Below are positions 19,051 through 28,551 of a stretch of 64,000 nt of DNA, piece by piece. Location: assembly GCA_965217775.1 (NCBI GenBank), contig CBDCJH010000002.1:5824001-5888000 (forward strand), in the 5' to 3' direction. A model generated the notes under the pieces. It was not told the origin of the DNA. It made no database searches and worked only from the letters and a program-made list of their open reading frames with translations. The stretch is from Acidobacteriota bacterium (GTDB lineage Bacteria > Acidobacteriota > UBA6911 > RPQK01 > JAJDTT01). Every line of letters starts with the position of its first letter. Position 1 is the first letter of the stretch. The position numbers were made by a program, and so were the translations under genes.

Positions 19051-20577
19051 ATGAATTTCAATCCAAGCAGAGACGGTGGCGCCCGATTCCAAGGGCCAAC
19101 CAGCATATCGCCTTTGCGTACCCTTGGTCTTCTCGGTCTGGTGTTCCTGGTAGTGCGACTCGATATGCCGGCGGACGCCGCTGGCCGGATTTCTCCGAAT
19201 CGCCTGGTGGAGGCCGCCAAGTCAGGTGACGCCGAGGCTTTGCGATCTCTGCTGGCCGTGCATGCGGACGTGAATCAGCGTCAGGCCGACGGCGCCACGG
19301 CGCTGCACTGGGCGGCCCACCGGGACGACCTGACAAACGCGGTTCTGCTGATCGAGGCCGGAGCCGACGTGAAGGCTTCCAACGATTTTGGAGTACGGCC
19401 CCTCTGGCTGGCCTGCGTCAACGGGAGCGCCCGCATGGTGACGGTTCTGCTTGGAGCCGGAGCCGATCCCAACGCCGCTCCCTCCAGCGGCGAGACGCCT
19501 CTTATGCACGCGGCCCGCAGCGGTTCGACGGACGCGATCAAACTCTTGCTGATGCATGGCGCAGAGGTGAACGCCAAGACTCCTTGGGAGGAGCAGACGG
19601 CATTGATGTGGGCGCTGGCGGAGAAACATACAGAAGTTTCCCGCACCCTGATCGAGCATGGCGCTGAGGTTTCCGCACGTTCCAAGTACGGCTTCACGCC
19701 ACTGCTGTTTGCCGCTCGCGCTGGCGACCTCGACGGTGCCCGCACCTTGTTGGCGGAGGGAGTGGACCCGAACGAAACGGCTTCCGGCGGTGAAAGTGCG
19801 CTGGTGGTGGCGACGGTCCGTGGGCACGTGCCCTTTGCCCTTTGGTTGCTCGAGCGGGGGACGGACCCGAGCTCCGACGGCTCGGGATACACGGCTCTGC
19901 ACTGGGCCGCTGGCTCATGGGAGACGGAGATGACCGGTCCCAAGGGGATCGTGGCGCGTCGCGGCCACGAGTGGGGCGCCATGCGAGGCCTGCAGGAGGG
20001 CAAGCTGGAACTGATTCTCGCGCTGTTGGAGCGGGGAGCGGACCCCGACGCCAAGCTCGTGAAGCATCCTCCCCGGTTCGGCTACACGGCCGACCGGCAG
20101 AGGCCGGTGGGGGCGACCCCCTTCCTGCTGGCGGCCAGGGCCGGAGACGCCCGCGTCATGCAGGTTCTGGCGAAGGCGGGCGCCTCGCCACGGCTGGCTG
20201 CTGACGACGGGACGACGCCCCTGATGGCGGCGGCCGGCGTGGGTCGAAACTTGACCGAGAGCCGGGTGACCGAAGAACAGTCGTTGCGCGCGGCGCGGAT
20301 CGCCCTGGATTTGGGCGCCGACGTAAATGCCGCGAACCAGGACGGGGACACGGCTCTTCACGGTGCAGCCCGCATCAAATCCCCCGCTCTGGTGCAATTG
20401 CTGGTGGACCACGGCGCCGAGGTGAACGTGAGCAACCGGAAGGGGCAGACACCCCTGTTCGTCGCCCGGCACTATTTCCATCCCGGCTCTCCGCCGCTCC
20501 CGGTCCCAAGCGAGACTGCGGATCTGCTGCGCCGGCTGGGTGCCCGGAAAACGTTTTCAGAGGGAGTTACGGAATGA
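19051..20577 (+). CDS. secreted ankyrin-repeat protein
   Basis: Many G-TALH/TPL..AA..G..GAD/EVN repeats after a hydrophobic N-terminal segment. Start is uncertain. Confidence 0.9.
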   Translation: MNFNPSRDGGARFQGPTSISPLRTLGLLGLVFLVVRLDMPADAAGRISPNRLVEAAKSGDAEALRSLLAVHADVNQRQADGATALHWAAHRDDLTNAVLLIEAGADVKASNDFGVRPLWLACVNGSARMVTVLLGAGADPNAAPSSGETPLMHAARSGSTDAIKLLLMHGAEVNAKTPWEEQTALMWALAEKHTEVSRTLIEHGAEVSARSKYGFTPLLFAARAGDLDGARTLLAEGVDPNETASGGESALVVATVRGHVPFALWLLERGTDPSSDGSGYTALHWAAGSWETEMTGPKGIVARRGHEWGAMRGLQEGKLELILALLERGADPDAKLVKHPPRFGYTADRQRPVGATPFLLAARAGDARVMQVLAKAGASPRLAADDGTTPLMAAAGVGRNLTESRVTEEQSLRAARIALDLGADVNAANQDGDTALHGAARIKSPALVQLLVDHGAEVNVSNRKGQTPLFVARHYFHPGSPPLPVPSETADLLRRLGARKTFSEGVTE

Positions 20578-20757
20578 CGTTATCCCGCCGGCCGGGGTCC
20601 GACGAAGTCATGAGAGCAACAGATGCATGGTCCCCGCGGTAGGCATGATGAGGCTGGTGGAAGTTCCCGGTCTTCGGCCAAGGCATGAATCCAGCCTCCG
20701 CAGGTAAGTCCGAGCGAGGATGGCCGGTCTCGCATCCCCCCGTTCGAAGAACCTTCA

Positions 20758-21669
20758 CTACGGGTTGGACATGCGCATCAGAAGTCGATCTCGCCGATCG
20801 TCTAGAACTCGCTTCAGGTACTCATGTCTTTCTTTGGGGTCCATCTTGAAGGATCGCCGCAACGCGCGCCCAAGGCTGCCAGCCTTCTTCAGTTCGACCA
20901 GCATGCGATTCTCGAGCCTCTCGTCTCTGGGCTTGTAGCTGTCGATTCTAGCTTTCCGGTGAGGATGAGCCTTGTAGAACTCATCCATCGTCATTCCTTT
21001 TGCCTCGGCCTCGACCTCGGCCCACATGAGACCTTGGACGTGGCTTTCCTGATGTGGATCCAGTCTCTGCATCAGGGCCATGGCGGCATCACGGCCTTTG
21101 TTGTCAAGAATGTCCGGGTCGGCCCCGGCGTTGAGAAGCGCCATCATGACCTCCTCGCCCTTGTCCAGAATCATGGCAAGATGTAGCGGCGTTCTGCCTT
21201 GTACATCTTGAACATTGGGGTCCGCACCGGCATCCAACAGCGGCTGGATCTCGAAGATGTTCTTGGCGATGTGCAACGGCGTTACATCATTGCATCCTCC
21301 GAGGCCGGCCGTATCCGGATTGGGGTTTCCCTGCGCGACGGCCTCCTCAAGCGCCTCGTCGCAAGGTTGGAATCTCTCCATTCTCGCAAGGAATCTCTCC
21401 ATTCTAAGGTCAAAAGCATCTTTCCCTCTGCCATCGCCATCCCGCTTGACCACGGAGCGGCGCTCGACGGGAAGCATCGGCCTTTCGAAAGTCCTGTCGG
21501 AGCGTCCGGGTGGCGATGAAGGGGTCGGCTCAGGAGACAGCAGAACATCCTCGTTTGCCAGCTCATCTGGAGTTGTCGCCTCGTCCTGTTGCAGAACGCG
21601 GTTGTAGAGGTAAATCACCACTGGCACGATCAAGATGATCAGGCCAACCGTGCCGAGATTCTTCCGCAT
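20758..21669 (-). CDS. membrane-anchored protein with short ankyrin-repeat region
   Basis: AGGAGG RBS before MRKNLGTVGLIILIV (transmembrane); TPLHIA, GADPNVQDVQGRTPLHLA and GADPD repeats; lower GC than flanks. Confidence 0.8.
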   Translation of the reverse strand: MRKNLGTVGLIILIVPVVIYLYNRVLQQDEATTPDELANEDVLLSPEPTPSSPPGRSDRTFERPMLPVERRSVVKRDGDGRGKDAFDLRMERFLARMERFQPCDEALEEAVAQGNPNPDTAGLGGCNDVTPLHIAKNIFEIQPLLDAGADPNVQDVQGRTPLHLAMILDKGEEVMMALLNAGADPDILDNKGRDAAMALMQRLDPHQESHVQGLMWAEVEAEAKGMTMDEFYKAHPHRKARIDSYKPRDERLENRMLVELKKAGSLGRALRRSFKMDPKERHEYLKRVLDDRRDRLLMRMSNP

Positions 21670-21872
21670 GTGGACCTCCTTTCGATGCTCTTGGGCCTCG
21701 CATCCGGACCCACGCTGGTTTCGACGCGCCCCTTTTTGTTTGATCAATCGCATCGACAGTCTAGTCGCGCCGGGATGAACTGATCAGATTTCAGCAAACC
21801 CGCTCCAGAGCGGAGGCTCTCCCGGCCCTCCGTTCGGGAAATCTCTCGGTCTCTGTCGTCTATACAGGGCCT

Positions 21873-22856
21873 TCAAACGGAAATCTGTTCGACGAGGTTG
21901 CGGCTGACGCGACGACGGCGCCGGGTGTAGATTTGGGTGGTGCGGGGATGGGCGTGGCCGGCCAGGTACTGGACGTCTTCGAGTGGCACGTTCTGGCTCA
22001 GCAGATCCTTGATCACCAGAACCCGGAACGAGTGGGGCGAGAGGATCTTCGGCAACCCGGCAGCCTTGAGCCGGCGCTTGAGCATCTGCTGCACGGCGAG
22101 AGGCGACATTGTCCGATCGGTCAACGGGCTGGAGCGTCGCTCTCCAGCCCGAAACAACGGCGAGGCCGTGGACGCGTCGATGAGGCCGGCCCCTTGGAGG
22201 TAGGCCGCGATCCACTCGTCCAGGTCGTGACGCACCGGGACCTCCCGGGACTTGCCCCCTTTTTCCGCAAAACGAAGCGACCGGTAGTTGCCGTTGTCCC
22301 GCAGGTCCTGCATCCGGAGCCGGCTGATGGCCCCGACCCGGGCGCCGGTGTAGATGAGCGTCCCCAGGACTGCCCGGTCCCGGAGCCCGAACAAGTCGTG
22401 GGTCTTGATGGAGGCGAGGAGACGTCTGGCCTGTTCGACGGTTGCCTCGGGCGTCCGTCCCTCGCCGAAGGGGTGACGCACCCCCCGGACCGAATGAAAC
22501 GGATTGAGCAACACCGCCTGCCGAGCCACCAGGACGTCGAAAAAATGCCGCAGCGCCGCCAGGGCCTGGTTCTTGGTCGGCGCCCGGTGGGGGAGTTCGT
22601 CCAGGAACCGGCCGGCCAGCCCGGGCGTCACCTGGCGCAGCTCCAGACCCTCATCCTCGCACCAGGCTAGAAATCTGCTCACCTGATGGGCGTAGGCGGT
22701 CCGGGTGTGCGGGTTCGAGAGCCGAGCCCGGAAGAACTCGTCGGCCGCGAAGCAGGCTGCCTTGCCGGCGCGCACAAGGATCGCCGGGAAAGCCCCTTGG
22801 AGCTCTGTTTCTACCGGCGAATCGGGAGTTTTCAGCGCGAGTTTCTGAGCGTCCAT
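21873..22856 (-). CDS. tyrosine recombinase/integrase (XerC/D-like, non-IntI)
   Basis: Complete catalytic set: TGAR (R), EKGGK (K), HSFR (H-x2-R), LAGHA (H), TTQIY (Y). N-terminal SAM-like NPHTRTAY. No obvious IntI insertion patch. Confidence 0.93.
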   Translation of the reverse strand: MDAQKLALKTPDSPVETELQGAFPAILVRAGKAACFAADEFFRARLSNPHTRTAYAHQVSRFLAWCEDEGLELRQVTPGLAGRFLDELPHRAPTKNQALAALRHFFDVLVARQAVLLNPFHSVRGVRHPFGEGRTPEATVEQARRLLASIKTHDLFGLRDRAVLGTLIYTGARVGAISRLRMQDLRDNGNYRSLRFAEKGGKSREVPVRHDLDEWIAAYLQGAGLIDASTASPLFRAGERRSSPLTDRTMSPLAVQQMLKRRLKAAGLPKILSPHSFRVLVIKDLLSQNVPLEDVQYLAGHAHPRTTQIYTRRRRRVSRNLVEQISV

Positions 22857-22860
22857 AATA

Positions 22861-22888
22861 GATAAGTATAATATACTTTATCGTAATC
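22861..22888. other. dif-like recombination site 1 (GATAAGTATAA-TATACT-TTATCGTAATC)
   Basis: 11-6-11 layout with ATAA/TTAT inner arms as in Xer dif sites; AT-rich patch 4 bp upstream of the integrase ATG. Confidence 0.7.
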
Positions 22889-22960
22889 TAAAATACGCCC
22901 CCGACTCCCTGATATTCGGCTCCGGACCTCGCCCGGAGCCGGCCCCCTCCTTCCCAACCT

Positions 22961-22991
22961 GGTGAGCCCATTCGGGCGACAAAATCACATT
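22961..22991 (+). promoter_or_regulatory. shared upstream motif, copy 1
   Basis: GGTGAGCCCATTCGGGCGACAAAATCACATT; 26/31 identical to 23640-23670. Confidence 0.6.
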
Positions 22992-23033
22992 TACCCCTGA
23001 CGGGATCATCCCAACCCGGAGGAGGTCGATGCC

Positions 23034-23603
23034 ATGAGACATCGGACAAGAAAGAATGGAGGAGGGCTCAGGAACACCACGGCGGCGGGACTCGTCCCCC
23101 TGTTGCTTTTCGCGAGTGTGCCAGGCTGCACTGCCAGACACATACCGGACTGGTCCACGGTGCAGGCTGTGAAGCCAAGCACCAAGACGGAGGTGCAACT
23201 CTACGAAGACGAAGTCTTGCTGGGCCACGGCGAGAAGATCAAGGGTCGGATTCGATCGACCACAGACGAGTCCATCACATTGGATCTCAAAAATCGCATG
23301 GAAGCCCTCACCCTGCAGAAGTCGGCTGTGCGCAAGGTGTCGACTCACCGTCCCTTCTGGAAGCGTCCGGCGGGGTGGCTCACCCTTGTGGGGGTCTCCA
23401 CATTTACGGCCATTTTTGGCAGCCATAACGACGTCGACCTATCCCCAGCGTGGTGGCTCCTCTTTATAAGCCCGCCTACTCTCCTTGGCTTTATTAGCTC
23501 ACCCAAAGAGCGAATCTACGAGGTCCCGCCCCAGCACAGGAATTCGTCCTGGTCGACAGGGTCGTCGGCGATCAAGGCTAAGGAGCTGAACCATTCAAAG
23601 TGA
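23034..23603 (+). CDS. exported/membrane hypothetical protein (possible lipoprotein; Sm-like beta domain plus transmembrane segments)
   Basis: GGAGG RBS; signal ending VPGC; beta-rich KIKGRIRSTTDESITL; two C-terminal hydrophobic segments. Confidence 0.75.
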   Translation: MRHRTRKNGGGLRNTTAAGLVPLLLFASVPGCTARHIPDWSTVQAVKPSTKTEVQLYEDEVLLGHGEKIKGRIRSTTDESITLDLKNRMEALTLQKSAVRKVSTHRPFWKRPAGWLTLVGVSTFTAIFGSHNDVDLSPAWWLLFISPPTLLGFISSPKERIYEVPPQHRNSSWSTGSSAIKAKELNHSK

Positions 23604-23639
23604 TTCGGAACTCCAGACACCGTGACTATTCCCGGTCCC

Positions 23640-23670
23640 GGTGAGCCTCTGCCGGCGAAAAAATCACATT
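23640..23670 (+). promoter_or_regulatory. shared upstream motif, copy 2
   Basis: GGTGAGCCTCTGCCGGCGAAAAAATCACATT, upstream of the second cargo gene. Confidence 0.6.
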
Positions 23671-23791
23671 GGTTGATGCGTACCTCCTGCCCTCTGTGGG
23701 GACGGTCCACGGGGGGCAGGAGCGCGATGACTCCGGGGCGACCGCGAGCGGCCTCGACGGGTGGCGGAATCACTTCAAGGAGGCAGACACC

Positions 23792-24328
23792 ATGAACACT
23801 CTCACCGGATGGCTCAGGACAATCACGGCCGCTGCGCTCATTTTCTTGCTGCTGTGCGTTCCCCAGACGCTCCATGCCGACATCGATGTCCGCGACGAAA
23901 TGACTTGGAAGGAGCTGGAGAGCCTGGTCGGACAGAGGGATGTCACCATCGCATTGAAGAAGGGCGGTGCCGTCCGGGGCGATATAGTGGCGGTTGTGGA
24001 CCACGGCATCCACCTCCAGTTCATCACCATGGCCACGGATCGGCAGAAGTACCCCGCAGGGACGCAAGTCTTGGTGCCCAGAGATGAGGTTGAAGAACTC
24101 CGCTTCGAAACCGAGGGGTTCGGATTGCGCGTTGCCGGTCTCCTTGCCGGTGGTTTTGGAGGAGGAGCTCTGGGAGCGGCCGCCGCAGGTAGATCTAGGG
24201 ATTGGGATTCCGCGGCGGATGCGATACTTATCGGCTGGATTGGCGGAACTGTGGCGGGCGGGTGGCTCGGTTACAAGCTGGGCAAGAAAGCGGATCTCCA
24301 GACACACATCATCATGATCGCCGACTGA
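23792..24328 (+). CDS. exported/membrane hypothetical protein (Sm-like domain plus glycine zipper)
   Basis: AAGGAGG RBS; signal peptide ending LHA; VTIALKKGGAVRGDIVAV; GLLAGGFGGGALG and GGTVAGGWLG glycine zippers. Confidence 0.8.
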   Translation: MNTLTGWLRTITAAALIFLLLCVPQTLHADIDVRDEMTWKELESLVGQRDVTIALKKGGAVRGDIVAVVDHGIHLQFITMATDRQKYPAGTQVLVPRDEVEELRFETEGFGLRVAGLLAGGFGGGALGAAAAGRSRDWDSAADAILIGWIGGTVAGGWLGYKLGKKADLQTHIIMIAD

Positions 24329-24413
24329 TGACCTCTACGGACCGCCGGAGACACGCGTCGCGGCGAGTCTTTCCATCGCGGGGAACGAATCCAGCACCAT
24401 CCGGAAGCGTACA

Positions 24414-24441
24414 GAGAACGAAAAAGCACTTTATCGGACTC
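24414..24441. other. dif-like recombination site 2 (GAGAACGAAAA-AGCACT-TTATCGGACTC)
   Basis: 24428-24473 matches 22875-22920 at 35/46 ungapped, in direct orientation. Confidence 0.65.
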
Positions 24442-24662
24442 TAACCCACGTCCCTGACCCCTTGATTTTCTGCGGCAGCTGATGCTGACCGGCCGAGACA
24501 GGCCTCTTTTGCTCTGGAGTTTCCCTCGATGCATTCTTGAATTACAGAAGGCGAGCGGGCCGAGTGGTGACGCACCCCCGGTCGGCTCTTAAGCTAACTC
24601 GACCTATGCCGGAGGAAGAGCCAACCTAGTATATATTCTATGTCCCCACTGGGGGATTGGCC

Positions 24663-24875
24663 ATGAGCTTCGAGCGAACCTGTGTTGGATGCCGAGACTT
24701 CCGGGTCGGTCCGGGTGATCAGCATTGCGAGCGCTACGGCGAGGTCACGAAGACCCTCTGGCGTTGGATGGAGTCGCGCCCCATTTCGCCCTTCCCCATG
24801 GCCCACCCCACCTTTCCCACCGTAGCCGACGAAGAACCCTCTGGGCTTTGGGGGAAAAACGTGACCAATGGGTAA
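24663..24875 (+). CDS. small hypothetical ORF with CxxC (possibly a fragment)
   Basis: GGGGGA RBS-like sequence; MSFERTCVGCRD; overlaps the start of the next gene. Confidence 0.3.
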   Translation: MSFERTCVGCRDFRVGPGDQHCERYGEVTKTLWRWMESRPISPFPMAHPTFPTVADEEPSGLWGKNVTNG

Positions 24876-26472
24876 ACCCGAGAATTCTCGTACGCTGCTG
24901 GCTCACCTGAGTTGGCGGTTTCATCCGCGAATGGAAGAGGTCGCCGTAGCGGCGCTGGTGCACATCCTCAACCGCTATCCTGCCTCAAGAGAAGGCTTGG
25001 ACGAACTTCTGGAGCGGACCGTACCGGACATGAGATTGTCAGCCCAGCCGTTCGAGAACGAGGTCTCCGCACCTGACGGTACCAGACCCGACGTGCTGCA
25101 GAAGGGAGATGACGGAAAGGAGCGGCTTTTCATCGAGGCGAAATTCTACGCGTCGCTAACTCCAAATCAGCCGGTTCCCTACCTGAAGCGGCTACCAACG
25201 AAGCGAGTCTCGGCGCTCATGTTGTTGGCCCCGTCCGGGCGGGTGAAAGAGCTCTGGCCGGAGTTGCTACGCAGGCTCGCCGATAGCGGCATGCCGTATT
25301 CCGATGTGGGGTTCTGTTGCGTCGCCATCGATGGGACAGGGAAGCATCTCCTCATCACGGACTGGACGAGGCTGCTGGAAAGCATGGAGGAACGGCTGGA
25401 GGCCTCCCAGTCCGGCCTTGCGGAGCTCCGACAACTCAGTGGGCTGGTGCAGTTCGCCGAGTCACGGGAAAGTAAGGCTGCGCGCCCCGGAGAGAAACTG
25501 GTCAGGCGGGTCACCGAGATCGGCAACGCGTCGGGCTGGCTGGACACGCATGGACTGAACGCTACACCTCGTGAGTACGGCTACGGGCGATACGCGCGCC
25601 TCGGTCAACGCTACGAGCTCGGCGTGTGGCTGGGGGTCAACTCGGCCTTGGATGAGGAGCGCGGTTCCCCACATCTGTGGGTGCACTGCGAGAAGTGGAG
25701 CAACGACGACGGCCGGCTCTGGAACGAACGCGTCAGGTCGGCGCTGAAGGATCGCATGAGCGCGAACGTCAAGCAGGAAGGCGATGAGCTATGGGTCGCG
25801 GTCGTCCCGGAGGGAGGCAAAGGGGCCGACGACTACGCGGCCGCACTGGAACGGATCGCCGGGATCCTGGACGAGCTTGCCGAGCCGCGGCTCGCGCGCG
25901 CCGACGTGCTCGCGGAGATTAGGCGCCGGTACGGGCAGCCCGTGATGAGCAACGCTCACCGCGCCGAGTATGTCGAGGCGCTCGTGGCTCTCGCGCTCAG
26001 GGAAAGCGGCTGGACCCCCAAGGCGCCGTGGGAAGTCTGGCACTTCGAGAATGAATCGGGCGTGAGGCTGAAGCTCAAGCACTCCGCAGCGGTGCAGTCA
26101 TGGGGGAACGGCGAAATCCAGAGTTCTCCGCGTTTCGACATCGCCCCCGGAAAGGTGTACTGGGATGAAAAGAAGGGGCGCTGCGTAGAGCACCGCGGTC
26201 GCCTCGCCAACATCCACGTGTTCGCTTGGCACGGGGAAACGGGCGAGTCGGCAGACCAAGGAGATCCGGCGAGCTGGGAGTTCTACGTGGTCCCGGAACC
26301 CGACTTGCCCGAGCAGAAGACGATTGCCTTGAAGGCGCTTCAAGGCCTGACGTCCCCGTGTGGCATCGAGGGCCTGGCGGCTGCGGTCGATGGGCACGGT
26401 GCGACGGGTGGACGCTACACGGCGCACAGGGGGAAGGCACTCGGCTGGCGAACACGTGACGGAGAGACATGA
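24868..26472 (+). CDS. PD-(D/E)XK nuclease-superfamily protein with a second, degenerate restriction-endonuclease-like domain
   Basis: N-terminal ENE...RPDV...FIEAKF...NQP..Y; C-terminal SNAHRAEYVEALV...QSW...FDIAP...VFAWH...WEFYVVP. Confidence 0.7.
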   Translation: MGKPENSRTLLAHLSWRFHPRMEEVAVAALVHILNRYPASREGLDELLERTVPDMRLSAQPFENEVSAPDGTRPDVLQKGDDGKERLFIEAKFYASLTPNQPVPYLKRLPTKRVSALMLLAPSGRVKELWPELLRRLADSGMPYSDVGFCCVAIDGTGKHLLITDWTRLLESMEERLEASQSGLAELRQLSGLVQFAESRESKAARPGEKLVRRVTEIGNASGWLDTHGLNATPREYGYGRYARLGQRYELGVWLGVNSALDEERGSPHLWVHCEKWSNDDGRLWNERVRSALKDRMSANVKQEGDELWVAVVPEGGKGADDYAAALERIAGILDELAEPRLARADVLAEIRRRYGQPVMSNAHRAEYVEALVALALRESGWTPKAPWEVWHFENESGVRLKLKHSAAVQSWGNGEIQSSPRFDIAPGKVYWDEKKGRCVEHRGRLANIHVFAWHGETGESADQGDPASWEFYVVPEPDLPEQKTIALKALQGLTSPCGIEGLAAAVDGHGATGGRYTAHRGKALGWRTRDGET

Positions 26473-28250
26473 TGAGAATCAGAGACCTGATGTTCATGTT
26501 GAGTAGTGTCGCGGTGACAGCCGCTTGCGCAGGACCGCAAGAGAACGCAACGCTCGAGCGAACCGCTGCTACCGAGACGGTGTACATGAATGGCCGAATC
26601 CATACCCAGGACAAGGATCTGCCCTGGGCCGAGTCGCTGGTCACCAGAGGTGACCGAATCGTCCTCGTAGGCTCTGACGAGGACGCCCTGCGGTACGCTG
26701 GTCCGGACGCCAGGCTTGTAGACCTGCAGGGCCGATTCGTGATGCCGGGGATAATCGACGCGCACACCCACCCCGGCTTGATCAGCATCTGGGCCGACCT
26801 GTCGGGACTGGATGAAACCGCTGGAGAGAACGAAGAGCCCGCCACACCCGACAGGATGCCATCCAGACCGCGGGAGGCGACGCTGGCCTGGTTGCAGCAG
26901 TACGCCGACGATCACCCGTTCACTCTCGTGATCACACAGGCGGCGTGGGACGTCGCCACCTATCTGCCTGACGGCCCCCACAGAAGAGACCTGGATGAGA
27001 TTTCAAGCGTAAGACCCATTCTGTTGTACGACAACTCGGGGCACAGCATCTGGGTCAATTCCGCAATGCTCCGGATCCTGGGCATCGACAGGAACACCCC
27101 GGATCTCAGCGAGAACCTGTCGTATTTCGTGCGCGACGAGACCGGAGAGCCCACCGGCTGGCTCAAGGAGTTCGTCCTGACGCCCTACATGGGTGGCAGG
27201 TTGGTGCCGGATTCCGATGAACTGAAGGAACGGATGCTGAAGTACTTGAACTACATGTCGAGCAAGGGCGTAATGACATTGTGGGACGCCGGCAACTTCA
27301 ACATGGACGACGCGGTGTACCAGGTCGCGCATGACATCGCAAGAGAAGGCAATCTACCGTTGCGTTGGGAAGGGTCATACCACATATGGGCGCCGGATCA
27401 AATCGACATTGCAGCGGAATCCCTGCTCCGGCTGCGGGAAAGGTACAGCCACAGCAAACTGCAGTTTAACACCATCAAGATCCACTACGATGGCATGCAG
27501 GATATTCTGACCGCCGGCATGCTGGAGCCCTACGTCACGGACCCCGACAACTACGGCGGCGTGCTGTTCACGCCGCAGCGATTGAGCAGCTTCATGCAGG
27601 AGCTGGACGTCCACGGCATCGATCTGCACCTGCATGCGGCGGGCGACCGTGCGACCAGGAATATTCTCGACGCCGTCGAGCAGGCGCGGGGCGCGCTGGG
27701 ACGGCCTTTGGGAATCGAGGTCACGCTGAGTCATCTGTTCTCGGTCGCCGACAGCGACGTCGAACGTTTTCCCGAGTTGAACGTCCACGCCAATTTCACG
27801 CCACACTGGTTCGGCGGAACGGTGTTCGGGGACGCCAGACAGATCAACGTCGGTCCGGAACGAGCCGGCCGCTCTCAGCTCGTCGGGCATTTCGTGCGGC
27901 GACAGGCCAGTGTTTCGTTCTCCAGCGACGTCGTGCACAACCCGCGGCGGGTGAACCCCTTCATCGGCATCGAAATGAGCATCACGCGAAAGGCGATAGA
28001 CAGGGCCGACGCCGACGCCCTGCCGCCACTCGATGCCGGAATTTCATTGGAGCAGGCGCTGGCGGCCTTTACCGTCAACGGCGCTGCGCAACTCGGATTG
28101 GAAGAAGAAATCGGTGCCCTAAAGGCCAGCTTGCTGGCGGACTTCATCGTCCTGGCAGAGAATCCGTTCGAAACCGACGTGGAGAGAATCCACGCCATCG
28201 AGGCCAGCGCCACAATCGTGGCCGGTGAGCTGCGAAGCGGTAGCCTGTAA
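26469..28250 (+). CDS. amidohydrolase 3 (YtcJ-like) family lipoprotein
   Basis: Lipobox VTAAC; MPGIIDAHTH, IKIHYDG, HLHAAGD, FSSD and LADFIVL motifs. Confidence 0.88.
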   Translation: MMRIRDLMFMLSSVAVTAACAGPQENATLERTAATETVYMNGRIHTQDKDLPWAESLVTRGDRIVLVGSDEDALRYAGPDARLVDLQGRFVMPGIIDAHTHPGLISIWADLSGLDETAGENEEPATPDRMPSRPREATLAWLQQYADDHPFTLVITQAAWDVATYLPDGPHRRDLDEISSVRPILLYDNSGHSIWVNSAMLRILGIDRNTPDLSENLSYFVRDETGEPTGWLKEFVLTPYMGGRLVPDSDELKERMLKYLNYMSSKGVMTLWDAGNFNMDDAVYQVAHDIAREGNLPLRWEGSYHIWAPDQIDIAAESLLRLRERYSHSKLQFNTIKIHYDGMQDILTAGMLEPYVTDPDNYGGVLFTPQRLSSFMQELDVHGIDLHLHAAGDRATRNILDAVEQARGALGRPLGIEVTLSHLFSVADSDVERFPELNVHANFTPHWFGGTVFGDARQINVGPERAGRSQLVGHFVRRQASVSFSSDVVHNPRRVNPFIGIEMSITRKAIDRADADALPPLDAGISLEQALAAFTVNGAAQLGLEEEIGALKASLLADFIVLAENPFETDVERIHAIEASATIVAGELRSGSL

Positions 28251-28551
28251 GCGGCTGACCAGGCGACGACCGGACGATCCGCATACCGCAGGCGGACCGG
28301 GCGTTCACGCTCAGGCTAGTCGCCGTCTACGTCCGGGCTTCCCGGACCACGGCCACGTCACGGGGCCTGCCCTTGGGCCTGTCACCGCCGTGCCGGTGGC
28401 GCCGCGACCCGTCGGCGACCGCGGGGGGGCCGCCCGTCGCGCCGTACGTGGTGGCGGGTCGTCACATCGGCGTGAAGGTGACCGCTGCCCGGGTGAAGTA
28501 GAGTTCCGTCCGAGCCTCGAATCCCGAGTCGGCGCCGAACAGCAACCGCGC

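Noticed and set aside
20577-21872. attL/attR duplication of the tRNA-Leu 3' end, or a fourth dif-like site near 20565-20590
   Set aside because: No copy of the tRNA end was found by eye; the TTACGGAA-TGACG-TTATC match has wrong spacing and weak arms.
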